Assembly (NCBI GenBank): GCA_002269645.1 | Contig: NIVC01000814.1 | Span: forward strand, 1-64,000 | DNA: 64,000 nt | From: Macrostomum lignano | Taxonomy: Eukaryota | Direction: 5' to 3' | Part shown: piece after piece, positions 26,391 to 39,759 of the stretch | How positions within the stretch are numbered: position 1 is the stretch's first letter | Layout of the letters: every line of letters starts with the position of its first letter | Notes under the pieces: generated by a model | The model's database searches: none | What the model was told of the DNA's origin: nothing | Seen by the model: the letters and a program-made list of their open reading frames with translations, nothing else | Translations under genes and position numbers: made by a program

Positions 26391-29300
26391 TCACACGGTC
26401 AGCAGTATGTAAGAGTTGTACTTGGCTATATTCCGCTTCAGAATATCGCCGCAGGGTCCCATCACTCGTTCGAACCGTTTTCTATCCAGCTTCACGCATT
26501 TCAACGGGCCACGAGCGATCACGGTGGCCGCCCTCGGCCGGTCAAGCAGCAGGGCGATTTCGCCTTGATACATTTTGATAAAGGATTTTTGATTAATACA
26601 CTGCTACACACGATTCTGGTTTACTTGTAGCTGGTTCTCATCTTGCTAACAGTGATACAGTTAATTCTAGCAATGACAGCTGATACATTGTTAACTGACA
26701 CAGTTAGTCCAGTGTCTAGCAATGACAGCTGATACATTGGTAACTGACACAGTTAGTCCAGTGTCTGACAATGACATCTGACACATTGTTAACTGACACA
26801 GTTAGTCCAGTGTCTAGCAATGACAGCTGATACATTGTTAACTGACACAGTTAGTCCAGTGTCTGACAATGACAGCTGACACATTGTTAACTGACACAGT
26901 TAGTCCAGTGTCTAGCAATGACAGCTGATACATTGGTAACTGACACAGTTAGTCCAGTGTCTGACAATGACAGCTGACACATTGTTAACTGACACAGTTA
27001 GTCCAGTGTCTAGCAGTGACAGCTGATACATTGTTAACTGACACAGTTAGTCCAGTGTCTGACAATGACAGCTGACACATTGTTAACTGACACAGTTAGT
27101 CCAGTGTCTGACAATGACAGCTGACACACTTTTAACTGACACAGTTAGTCCAGTATCTGACAATGACAGCTGACACACTGTTAACTGACACAGTTAGTCC
27201 AGTGTCTAGCAATGACAGCTGACACACTGTTAACTGACAGTAGTCCAGTATCTGAGAATTCTCCCTTTTACTAATAATCCGATCCTTACTACTTACCAAA
27301 GTAGTCAGACGGACCTAGCCTGCCAACTTCTACAGCTTCGTCATTTTCGGATGGTTTCTGCAAAACTGAAGCGACGCCCTGTGGAATTGAACATAAATCG
27401 ATAAATTTATTTTGGTCTACAAAGGATTTAAGAGGTATTACCAAACTACTTAAAGTTTTTTATAATTCAAACAGGTGTTTAAGATATGTCAAAACAAATT
27501 TATATAACGGTGTCAAAATGGAAAGACCGGTTTCTTAAGGTATCGAAGACAGGGTTCATAGGTCAACAAAGACAGGGTTCTTAGGGACAACAAAGACAGG
27601 GTTCTTAGGGCAACAAAGACATGGTTCTTAGGGCAACAAAGACAGGGTTCTTAGGGCAACAAAGACATGGTTTTTAGGGCAACAAAGACATGGTTCTTAG
27701 GGCAACAAAGACAGGGTTCTTAGAGCATCAAAGAGACTTCAAAGGGCTTTAGCAAAACATGCTATGATGGAAATCAATAGATAGACTTTTAAGGAAACCA
27801 AAAAAACAGGATTCACCCTGTCTCACCTCGAGTATAATGAAGAAATCTTCGCCAGCTTCGCCCTGTCGTACAACTATTTTTTGATCCTCAAAAGTCACAT
27901 TCTCCAAAGCGTCGGCCACAGTAAGCCGCTCCCACAGGTCCAAATTCTCCAGTATAGGCACTTTACTGAGAAACTCCTCGTACATCTTCCGCTTCCTAAT
28001 GGTACTGCCCATCAGGATTCGCCTGTACGAGTCGCGATCGATGCCCCAGAGTTTAACCTCAGTTTTAGCTTTAACAGTGGCCGCCCTAGGTGTGCCGTAG
28101 ATCAGCGCCAATTCGCCGAAACTGCCGCCTTCGCTAACTGTGCTAATGTAATCGCCATTGACAAATATGTCAACCTCGCCTTGGTCAAGTATGTAGAAAT
28201 TGTCGCCCTCGGCGCCCTGTTCAATTATTACTTCGTCGGCATTGCGATGCAGCGGGAACATGGCGTCGAATATGTCGCTGAGAAGGGGATTTTTCCAGGG
28301 ATTATTATTACATACAGGATACGCGATTCCTAGTTGAATTCTACGAGAAGAACCAGGCTGCCATCTTTAATTACAGCTACATGAAAACTGACGCCATTCT
28401 AAGAAACAGGTGCCATTGTTAATTATATCTACATGAAAACTGCCACCATTCTAAGAAACAGGTGCCATTTTTAATTATATCTACATGAAAACCGCTGCCA
28501 TTCTAAGAAACAGGTGCCATTGTTAATTATATCTACATGAAAACTGCCGCCATTCTAAGAAACAGGTGCCATTATTGTTAATTATATCTACATGAAAACC
28601 GCTGCCATTCTAAGAAACAGGTGCCATTGTTAATTATATTGACATGAAAACTGCTACCATTTTAAGAAACAGGTGCCATTGTTAATTATATCTACATGAA
28701 AACTGCTGCCATTCTAAGAAACAGGTGCCATTGTTAATTATATCTACATTAAAACTGCCGCCATTCTAGGAAACAGGTGCCATTGTTAATTATATTTAGA
28801 TAATTACATAAAAATTGCCACCATTCCAAGAAACAGATGCCATTAACAATGCCAAGGCTATACAAGAAAAGCCAACCCTTTAAAGAGTCTATGCTATTGC
28901 AAATTCCATTGATTAATAAAAAGCAGGTGCTCTAAGAAAAAGGGGTCATCATTGAATTGTACTACAACTATTTCTGGAGAAAAAGGTAGTGTCATTCCAT
29001 TTAAATTAGCTATAATCAAACTTACCTGCGTTCATTTTCATCCAAATGCGAAAACAGAACATTTTTAGTAATTGCCTTGGACAGAGCACCCATTGTTTTA
29101 TAGTCCTTTGGCACTACCTGAAGTTAATAAAAACAATTGTATAAACAAACTTCAAGATAAAACTATCTTGGCAATATTTGCAATATATTTTCAAATTGTC
29201 TCAAGAGAGCTGCTGCACCTTTTTGACATAGCTAGCGGCATCTTCCTCTGTGTAAACTTCACCACTAACTGCGCCCCTTCTAGTGCGCTGTTTCTGAGAC

Positions 29301-29812
29301 TGCGGTGCTGCCGCTGCTGCCGGCATGGGTGGCAACATTGTCTCACTGTCATAATCAACATCACCTTCAGTGCCAGGCATTGGCAAAGCTGTACCAGCTG
29401 TAGAAGCTAAAGCTCTTGAAGTCCCAGTGGCGAGTGCTGAACTAGCCAATGATTCACTGCCGGCACCAGTAGTTGCAAATTGGTCTGGCATGAGGATACG
29501 ATCCTAAAATATTATTAAAAAATAAACATTTCAATTTAAAAACTGTTTAGGCCTATTTACATGAAAAATTATAACTAGATTAAATTTGTATTTGAAAGGG
29601 AATAGAATAAAAAATATGAATCATTTAAAAAGATGTCTATTATTTTTTACCTTGTCTACTTTATCAAAATACTCCTTGATATATTCAAAAGGATTATCTG
29701 GTTGAACTGTGCAAAGCTGAACAATGCACTCTTTAAGAACTTTTTGAACACCATGTTTTTCAAGATAACCTTCTACATCTTTTAGATGTGCTTCCTCAGC
29801 AGATGTATTCAT
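26391..29812 (-). CDS. PRKAR1: cAMP-dependent protein kinase type I regulatory subunit
   Basis: Exons 29812-29651, 29503-29219, 29117-29026, 28277-27827, 27378-27297 and 26563-26391, all phase-consistent. D/D domain ([16 protein letters not shown]), pseudosubstrate RRGAVS, and two CNB cassettes [17 protein letters not shown] and [17 protein letters not shown]. Confidence 0.97.
26660..27250. repeat. Intronic minisatellite, 49-bp unit
   Basis: Period 49 in PRKAR1 intron 5. Confidence 0.92.
27560..27735. repeat. Intronic minisatellite, 23-bp unit
   Basis: AACAAAGACAGGGTTCTTAGGGC in PRKAR1 intron 4. Confidence 0.9.
28365..28850. repeat. Intronic minisatellite, ~52-bp unit
   Basis: ...CCATTCTAAGAAACAGGTGCCATTGTTAATTATATCTACATGAAAA... 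in PRKAR1 intron 3. Confidence 0.92.
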
Positions 29813-31067
29813 GGTCAAAATTCACAAAGAATGTCTAGTCTAGGTCTAATTCGCTTTATGACCTAACTTAAGGCCAGTAGCCTGACACTGACACTAACAG
29901 TCAATGTAAATGGATACTATAAAAAAACAAGGCCAATAGTTCAGTTATAGGCCTAGAACCATGTACAAATAAAGACCTGGGGCTTGCCCTTTAGTTTTAT
30001 TTTATTACTGCTTTAATGTGATCGATGTGCTTTTGTCACGTCTGCACACAATCGGAGCTATATAAATTACAATTTTATAAATTTTTTAGGTAATCGTTCC
30101 ACTAGAATAAACTACTACAAGACGCCACGGCGTTCATTAAGTAATAATTTATTTAGTTTTTTCTTTATTATTAGTAATTTATTACGTTTGCGAAAATAAT
30201 CCTTTTTTATTTTTAAAAGTTGTTATTATAACTATTAACCTTAGGTAGGTCTATTTTAAAATTACATTTGTTTCTAAGAAAACAACTTTATTTTTAACAG
30301 CGGTAGCTCCGTTCCGACTCCATTACTCCAGTAATTTGTGTGGCCAGATACATGTCCTAAAAATACAGTACTAGTTCTGAGGTTTTATATTGCGTAAAAA
30401 TTTTAACTGAGCCTGCTGAGCCTTTTGTTGTGTTTACTAGCCTGTCGTTTCGGTTAGATACATATTATTTAATTATTATAGGTTCAAGACTTCAACTTCA
30501 AGGTAGGGCCTAGGCACTAGGCACACGCTCACATTCTCACAAGTCAACTAGCCAATGCCAAGGTGTACAGACAATACAGTGTACTAAGTGTACTGAGAAT
30601 ATATGAATATTTTGTTTATGTGTTTCCTCATATGACATAAGGTAGCTCGTAGCTGGTGTAGTAGATCAAATTTTAAATAGAAACATTGTCATTAATTCAA
30701 CTTTATTTCAAAATAATGACAGATTTTCGCACTATTGGTAAGTGGATAATAAATTTAATCATTTTTATAGTATATATTTTATTTTAACATTTTAATCCTA
30801 AAATAGTAGTGCATTATGCCATTAAATCTTTAAATAAATTAGAATTCTCATTTAAGCCTAGCCTACTTAACCTTTGTTGGTAGCAAAGGTTATAGGCCTA
30901 TAATTTCCAAAATAGACCTTTTAATTGACTAGACTTATAGGAAAATGTCAGGATTGTATACTATTGTATGCTACAATAGAATTTGCTTTCTAAGTAGCTT
31001 TTATTTTAGTAGCTATGGGTTTCTGGACACTTCGTCATCTTACTAGTTCCCAGTGAGCTCCACGAAA

Positions 31068-31194
31068 CCCACAAACCCAAGGACACGCGCGAAGCGCGTG
31101 TCCTTGGGGTTGTGGGGTGAGCGGAGCGAACGCGCGAGGCACAAAGTGCCGAGCATGAGGAACAAACAGCCAGCCAATGCGCGAAGCGCATTGG
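31068..31194. other. Two GCGAAGC-capped DNA hairpins at the Helentron 5' end
   Basis: 23-bp stem with 1 mismatch and GAA loop at 31068-31116; perfect 9-bp stem with GAA loop at 31174-31194. Confidence 0.9.
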
Positions 31195-33299
31195 GTGGTC
31201 TGGCTTGTGACGAATATAATAATATGAGACGTGTGCATCGAAAAAATGACAAGAAAAATCTCACAAAAACTGCTGTAACTTCAAAACTACAAGTGCGAAT
31301 TTCACAAGTGAGGTGTCATTTTAAAGAGAAGAATCTGATCTATTTAACGAGTATAGTTTTGTATGTATTCACTGAGGAAAAAAGGAACAGGCTTCAGTTG
31401 AAATGTTTGTCATAAGATTATGTCTTTACAAAAGTGCATTTCCTCATGCACATTAAAGCTCGAGCTAAAAATGTTCGAGGGTTATAAGTGCGCCTTACTA
31501 AGATGCATAACATCATTGGGTTGTTTTTTTCAATTGTAACAAAAAGTTGGCACTTTGGTTGCAAAAAATGCAAAAATTGGGAATGTACTTTTACAGTTTT
31601 TTGCATTTTTTTCTATACCGCTAATAGTTAAGCATACATACTATGCACCAATCGATGCGCAATTCAAAGATACACAAGTGTGGAAATTTTCATTTCTTAA
31701 ACATTTGAAATCAGAAAGTTATCGACGAAAGACTAAAAATCATGATCTCAAACTGCTTTGAGGAAAAGTGCTCATTATAATTTTTGGAATATGGAAGAAA
31801 CAATTCAACGCCGTCATTTAATTCCAAACTAACTGTACTATAAGGTACTGCGATGATTTTTTTATTGAAAGAGCGAAACCTGTTTAAATATTTGAAAAAA
31901 TGGAAAAAAGTACCTTTTTTCATAGAAATACACTCTTTTGACTGCTTAATCCGATTTCCAACAACAAAATAGTTACTTTCCTGCTGATGCAAACCGTTAT
32001 TAGGGTGAATTTTCAAAATTGCATACTGTGCCAAAAGTAAATTGAAGCTTAATATTTATAAACATTAGAAACGGGACCACTAATGGGTATTTTACTTTGG
32101 TTACTTACTATTTTACTACGGACTAAACTGGCACTGGCAGAGACAGATTTGAGAGAAACTAATCGCTCCATTGTATTTGGCTCCAGCGTTACAAATTACA
32201 ATAGCTATTTCGGGGTCTAACCGGCTAAGTTATCAAAAAAGCTAGATACCAATCACCAGTTTCATCATCAGCTATACCTACCACAATTTTATAGTCACAT
32301 GCAACAGTAATACCCTCCTTTAAAAGTTTTCAATATCTAAAATGATGTGTTAAATTTTATCAAATTTCATAAACAGTGAAATTTTAGCTGTTTACGTGCT
32401 GGTGGTTTGAAAGTAGCTGCTTTTGTGCTAAGATACACTGTCATTAATACCGTACCTATTATTGCATTTATTGTATTTGACCTATGAAAGTTGAAGCGTA
32501 AATTGTACTTTTCTAATTTCATTTTGTCATTTGTTTGCGCACTTGGGCCGGCCTCCCTGCCTTGTGGGGTGTGGTGGCCTTGGCCACTTTCTCCCCCTTC
32601 TGTTAGGATCCAAACACACTTGAAAGCTTGCCTCAAGTGTACATTTAATATTATCGATCGATTATTTAAAACAAGCCTCTAGTGGTTGGTGTTGAGAGTG
32701 AGTGGCCTTGAGTGTACCCGAAAGCGAGAGGAAGCCCATTGGCGGACTATATGAACCTTCCTTTTTTGGAAAGTTGGGCCTTGTGCATTGCATAGTGTAC
32801 GCTACACAAGACAGAAGGTAAAGAGAAAGAGAACGACAGGCTAGCCAATAGCAATAGCATGTGCTTCTCTCCAGTCCACTATGGTAGGGGGGGGGAGGGG
32901 GTGTCAGACGGCCCAAGTCTAACCCCCATACCCAAAACAGCGTACATGTAGAATAAGAAGGGATTGGGTCCAGATAAGTCTTCCCAATGTACATGTATGT
33001 ACAAAGACAAACACTTACGAGAAAAATGGCTCTAAACCATAATTGTTACACTGTACATGTCTCTTTTTATTAACTATTTGTCTTGTCTTTAGCAAGGATA
33101 AATTACTTTTACTTAATACCAAATGTACAATTGCATAAAAAGGAAAAGTACAATTGAACAATTGGACCCATGATCACTTGGCCCACCCATATATCATATG
33201 TTTCCTTAAATATAAAAGGTCATGAACTCAAGGATATAGTTTATGCTTAATTTGTAATAACGCCCGTGGTTTCTGTTGGTGTGCAACTATAATGGCAAT

Positions 33300-33770
33300 G
33301 ACAGCAACCAAGTACTGTAACAATTAGTGCAACTATAATGGCAACATACAGCGATACTGTAACGGCCAGTGAAACTATAATGGCAACAGATAGCGATACT
33401 GTAACGGCCAGTGAAACTATAATGGCAACAGACAGCGATACTGTAACGGCCAGTGAAACTATAATGGCAACAGACAGCGATACTGTAACGGCCAGTGAAA
33501 CTATAATGGCAACAGACAGCGATACTGTAACGGCCAGTGAAACTATAATGGCAACAGACAGCGATACTGTAACGGCCAGTGAAACTATAATGGCAACAGA
33601 CAGCGATACTGTAACGGCCAGTGAAACTATAATGGCAACAGATAGCGATACTGTAACGGCCAGTGAAACTATAATGGCAACAGACAGCGATACTGTAACG
33701 GCCAGTGAAACTATAATGGCAACAGACAGCGATACTGTAACGGCCAGTGAAACTATAAAGGCAGCTGCAG
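33300..33770. repeat. 42-bp tandem repeat (~10 copies) read in frame as (SETIMATDSDTVTA)n
   Basis: GCAACAGACAGCGATACTGTAACGGCCAGTGAAACTATAATG repeated almost perfectly. Confidence 0.95.
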
Positions 33771-36700
33771 ATAGTGTCAGTGATACCGAATTGGCCAGGG
33801 GCAGTGCTAGTGCCATTATAATGGCAGGTGAAAGTCAGAAATATACAAGCAAGACCAGGATTCAAGAAACTAACGACGCAAATTCCGAAACAAAAGATTA
33901 TCTACAGTGCAGTCGTACTGTTCCCCGAATTCGTCTTCGACGCTGTTCATCGGGTAAGTGGAACAAAGTTTCTCCACATGTGACAGATTTAGGACTCAAT
34001 ATAAGCTTACGTGATGATGATAAACTCAGCGTCAATGATGATAGCATTTCAAAGGATAAGCAAAAATTGACGAGTGAATGTGCAAAGGAATCGTTAAAAC
34101 AAAAGCGATCTCGTAGAGCTCGTTCTTCAAAAGCTGATATGATCCTACAACGATGCAAAGAAAATAAAGAGGGTGTAAATATTAGCCATTTTACTAGATC
34201 TAAGACGTGCTATGAAGAGTCAGTAGCATCTTTAAACATTAAGAGGCAAAAAGTGGAGATTTTAAACCGGTGCGCCGATGTTTTTACCCATCAGGTAGAC
34301 TTGGATGCTTCAAATGAGATAAGAGAAAAATCTATGCATGGGTGTTTAAAGCAAAACGAAGTAAAAGTAACTCACTCAAAAGTTCAGTCAAAAGTTGAAG
34401 TGAATCTACAACCATCTAACTCTAAGCTTTCAGATCAAAAGGGTTCTACTTTTCTTCCAATAACGGAGTTGCAGATAGAGCGCGTACCTGGAGATGGCAA
34501 TTGCTTTTTCCACGCCATCAGCAAATCTCTGCGCGGGACACCTTTAGCTCGAAGCAGCTCCCAGCTTCGAGAGTTTCTCGGAGAAGCTACTATTCCTTAT
34601 CTGAGGGCTATGCAAAATGACGGTGTTTTTGATGAAGCGGGATTTAACGACATAGTTGCTACCACATTTTTGTCTGGAGAATACGTTCCCGATGAAGTTC
34701 CTCCCATTATTAGCAACTGCTTAAATGTAGACATGTACATCTACAATGCGGACGGAACTGTGCGAATGCAACGTACAGTTAACCAGCCTGCTGCTGTGAT
34801 TCGACTTCTGTTCCACAATGAGCATTATGACGCACTGTTTCTTAAAGCAAGGGAAAGTAACGGCATGCCTTTCACTGGGCAGTCTTGCTCAAGTAAGCAG
34901 AAGCTGTCGTTAAGAGTGGATACGACTCCTACTACTACATATACAATCGGTTTTAGAGACCACAAGGAAAGTAATTCTACATCAGAAACGGCGCAGAAAC
35001 CTCGAAAACCATGCACGCGTCTTCTTCCAACAACATTGGACGACAAGTCTTCTCGACGCGCATCTTCAAGAAAAATGCCACAAGCAGTTATTAATAAATC
35101 CCCGAGCTGCAATTATGGGAATACAACTAAAGACGCTCTTGAAGATCAACAAAACGAAAATTTGCCTTCACAATTTCAAGAAATACCTCCTCCGTTTTCA
35201 AAGTTGGACTGTGAAGGAGTTCAGAATGATTGCCTTTTTGACGAACTTGCTGTTCCTAAGTGCCTACAGCAGCCATTTAATGATTCGTTTTTGAAAATGA
35301 GAAATGCATTTTTCAAGGAGAGCTTACAATTTGTTTCAAACTTGAATATGTGTACCGTTTGTAAAGAGCGTTTCCCAGGCGTTTATTTTCGAAATGAATC
35401 GGATTTAAATTGTCAGCGTTGCGTGTCTGATAGAACCGAAAAATTTCAACCGAAAAAGTTTAGCGATACAAACAATGTTAATCCATGCGAACAACCTGAA
35501 GTGCTGCGGGACTTAACTGTTGCAGAGCAGATGTTGATTTCACCTGTACTCAGCGTACTGACAATATTTCGACTGTTTCCTCAAGGACAGTTGAGCTCTT
35601 GTGGTCATGGTATAATGTTTCCACAAGATCAGTCTGATGTTGTTAAAATGTTACCAAGAAGAAAGCTCCCAGTAGTCCTTTTATTTGAATCGCGTGAAGA
35701 GCAGCAGCAGATGGAGCTGGAAGATGCAAGTGTAAAGAAAAATCTGAATGCATTTACAAATAAACTTAGAGTTCGCCGTAAAAATGTGCTTGGTGCGATT
35801 AAATATTTAATGCAAAATAATAAGTATTTTAAGGAATATGCCGTTATGCTTGATGAGCAAGCTATTCAAGACTTGCCGGAAAATGGCATAATGCCCGATC
35901 TGCCTGCTTTGTATGAATCTGAAATTCCAGGTACAGATCCAGCCTCTACTGAAAAAAATGATCGTCAGAAAATTGGTGACGAAAATGCAGAATCCAAAAA
36001 TACAGAGAGCTTCAGTGCTGTACTTATGGAAGCCCCACTGCGAGAGCTGGAGGACGAAGTTCGCAAGAAGCTTTTGGAAGAAAAGCTGCAATGGCCCAAG
36101 TCAAGCAGACATCCTGTAAATGAATTTCGGCAGGAGGGCTTATTTTCCCTTGCATTTCCTCACCTATTTCCTGATGGAAGTGGAGACTATCGCACCCCAA
36201 GGCTAAGGCATATCAGCTTAGGAGAATATGGATTACACTTAATGCGGTACCACTGCTCACGATTTCGATGTGATCCGCGGTTTCGATTTTTTTAGAAAAC
36301 ATGATCATGCGATGGCGAGCTTTAGAGCTAGGCCGCGTTTATGTCAGTCAGAAGGGTTGCGCTAATTTAAATGCAGAGCAAATGAAAGAGCGCCTCAAGG
36401 ATCCAGAGGTTCTTGCCAGTGTAAGTGCTCGAGGAATGCAATTGCGGGGAACAAAATCTTATTGGGAGCTGCAGAGGCGTCGTTTAGAGGCGATGATACA
36501 GACTATTGGTTTACCTCATTTATTCGTCACTCTGTCAGCAGCGGATGTGCACTGGCCGGAATTACGCGCATTTTGGCAAGCCGAGCAATCTGAAGTTTCT
36601 CCGAACCTGCTTCAGAAACTATTAAAAGATCCAGGATTAGCCGACACAGTTTTCTGGAATCGCTTTGAAATTTTTACTCGCCGCTTTTTTATTGAACATT

Positions 36701-39700
36701 GGAAGGTTACAGATTTCTGGTTTAGAGTCGAATACCAGAGCAGAGGCAGTCCACATATTCATGGTCTCGTATGGTTGCCAGACGGTTTCGATGTCAGATC
36801 CGAACATGTTACTGAGGAACAGATGCGCGCCTTCGTTGATAAGTACACAACAAGCATTAACCCAGCAATGGATGGATCTGCGAGCGGAAATAAAGTACTT
36901 AATCAAACAATTCCAATTGAAAAGCATCCTTCTCGTTTGCTTCCATCAGAAATAGAAAACAATAAAGCTGATTTACAAGCGATTGCTCACCTAAGTCAAC
37001 GCCACAGTCGGTGTAGCGAAAGGTGTTCCCGTACTCTACACGGCAAAGCTCAATGTCGATTTAAGTATCCAAGGCAAATACAGAAAGTATCTACAGTAAA
37101 ACGAGTCTCACGACTGCATTGGGACGTTGAAACACAACGAAATGACGATCGAATGGGTGTATATAATCCCCAAGTTTTGTGCACCTGGCGTGCCAATGTA
37201 GACGTTCAGGTTGTTGTTTCACCAAAGTGTCTTGTCCGATACTTAATAAAGTATACAAGCAAAGGTGAAATTCAATCACGGCATCTTGAAAAGTTAAGTA
37301 ACAACGCTACATTAGAGGCAGAAAAAGAACAACAAGAAGGGAAACATGCAGTTGATAGACATAGTCGCACAGACCGAGCGCAGCGAATTGTTCAACAACA
37401 ATTAATGAGTCAGGTTGGTAGCCGTGATTATAGTGCTCAAGAAGTCTGTCACCTTTTGCTTCAGACTCCAATGTATCGTGCAACCAGGGACTTCGTTTTT
37501 GTTCAAACAGGATACAGTAGGATGATTTCAAAGCGAGGTACGTGCAGTAATAGCCTGGACAAGTATAGAAATCGTTCTGTGATGTTCAATAAAATGACTA
37601 TGTTTGAATTCTTCAGTAAGTTGAAGTTTGTCCGCAATCAAGTCGTGATGAGACCAAATGGAAGAGAAGCCATTCTGATTATCAATCCGATTCTTCGAGC
37701 CAATGCTATCGAGTATGAAAGGCAGGAAGAATACTTTCGACAACAAACACTCCTGTATTCTGCGTGGCGCACAGAGAAGGATGCAAAAGGCATTGCTTCC
37801 ACGTGGCGCGAAGCATACAGCCAGCGACAGACTGAATCAGATAAATTTTGCCCACTCGCTGTTAAAAATTTGGCACAGCTTCAGAGAGACGAAGCTGATG
37901 CTATGCAACAGGAACAGGCAGATAGTGCACCAGATTTGGCAGCAGAGAACGCTGCTTCTGTTGCTGCGCCTTCACGGCCCGATAAAAGACAAGAAGAGTG
38001 GATGCAGATGCTAGCCTCTCGGCATGATGAAGCCATGCAAGATCCAAGAAGCCGAATGTTAAACAGATTTCCGCCAGTTCCAAAAAATTATGATTGGAGT
38101 GCGTCGAATGCTCAATTTCCTTGCTTAGTGGAGGTTAGCGAGTTACTAGAAAAACTGAAGTCAAAAACATCGGTGCATGAGGATGAAGCTGTCGTAAGCC
38201 TAAATCTTCTGAACGACAAGCAACGACAGGTGTATGATTTGGTGGCTGATCATATGCACCGTCTAGATAAGGAACGGCAAACTTCCTTCGAAAAAGCATC
38301 TTCCAAAGTGCAACCACTGCGTCTCATTATTTATGGCAGTGCTGGTAGTGGAAAAAGTTTCATCATCAGTGCATTGAAGCAGCTTTTAGGCAATAGATGC
38401 CGACTTTTCGCTCCAACTGGTGTTGCCGCTTACAATATTGGAGGCCAAACCCTTCACTCAGCTCTGCGAATAACGACAGGAAGGAAAGGAAATTTGAGTC
38501 ATGACGTTTCCCCTATTTCTGGACGCGCTTTAGCTAACCTTCAAAACGACTTTGCTCTGATCGACTACTTAATTATGGATGAATTCAGTATGATCGGTCA
38601 ACAGTTGCTCGCAATTGTAGATTCTCGATTAAGGATGGCTTTTCCACGTTACAAGGAGTGTACTTTCGGGGGGCGTTCCGTTATCCTTGTGGGTGATGTT
38701 TTTCAACTACCACCAGTTTTAGACTCTGCTTTGTATTCATCTGTTGTCGTCAACAGGAAAGCAACAAATTCTGGGCCTAAAGCAAGTGAATCGAAAAAGT
38801 TGGGAAGAATGTTATACTTGGAGTTCCGTACTGTTATTCATCTCGATCAATTAGTTCGTCAGGCAGAAGATCAACGTTTTGCCGGGTTGCTGCAAGATAT
38901 TCGTGAAGGAAATGCAAGTAAAGACACTTACAATATCCTTATGAGTAAAGAGTGTCGCGTTGCTGCGTCTGATTTGATGCCTCCAGAGTTTATCGAAGGG
39001 TGTACTCACCTGTATTATACAAACAAGCAGGCCCTTGAAGAAAATTATCACAGATTAGCAGAGTTGTGCACTAATTCGAGTCAGCCCGTATGCATCATTA
39101 ACGCTTTATTCACGGGCTATTGCCCTAAGGAAAAACGTTCCGATTGTTACTCCGGACTTAGCGAAGAATTACTTTTGGCTATTGGCTGTCGAGTAATGCT
39201 AACAAGAAACCTCTCAGTGAAGCATGGATTAGTAAATGGATCAACAGGTACTGTTCGAGGAATTTGCTTTACGCCTGGGTCAAAACCACCCAGTTTACCA
39301 TCTGTTGTTTGGGTTGAGTTCGACAGATACAGCGGTCCATCTCTGCAAGTTGCTAATTCATGTTTACAACAAGATGGTCGAAATCAAACATTGCATCTGG
39401 TTCCAATTCTACCTATTACTTTATCCGTTTTGATGCTGATTCAATATCTAGCATAAAGCAACTGCCCCTAAAGCTAGCTTGGGCTATCACTGTGCACAAG
39501 TCTCAAGGGCTCACTTTGAATAAAGTGTTCGTAGACTTAGCTCCTTCTGGTTCTAAGAAAGAAGCTTCCGGATTGCTATATACTGCCTTAAGCCGTGTAA
39601 GACAGCTAGCTGACGTTCGTATAAATGCATGCGACTATGATCGGTTCTTAAAGTTATGTGGTCAAGAGTCGGTAAAACCTAAAGTGTTGGAGCAAAAGCG

Positions 39701-39728
39701 ACTTCTTAGATTTCAGCCCCAACTGTAA
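33338..39728 (+). CDS. RepHel polyprotein (14-aa repeat, OTU protease, Zn finger/DUF6570-like, HUH Rep, Pif1 helicase), split by two 1-nt frameshifts; ~2130 aa if corrected
   Basis: OTU PGDGNCFFHAI...HYDAL (~34475-34840); CxxC...CxxC; NEF...AFPHLFPDG; Rep motifs LFVTLSAAD, EYQSRGSPHIHG (36745-36762) and YLIKY (37240-37254). Walker A GSAGSGKS, DEFSM, FGGRSVILVGDVFQLPPV, NLSVKHGLVNG, QLPLKLAWAITVHKSQGLT and YTALSRV. Frame breaks at 36287-36293 and 39420-39422. Confidence 0.93.
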
Positions 39729-39759
39729 AGTATTGCTGCCTGTATAGCTGCCTTCGTTG

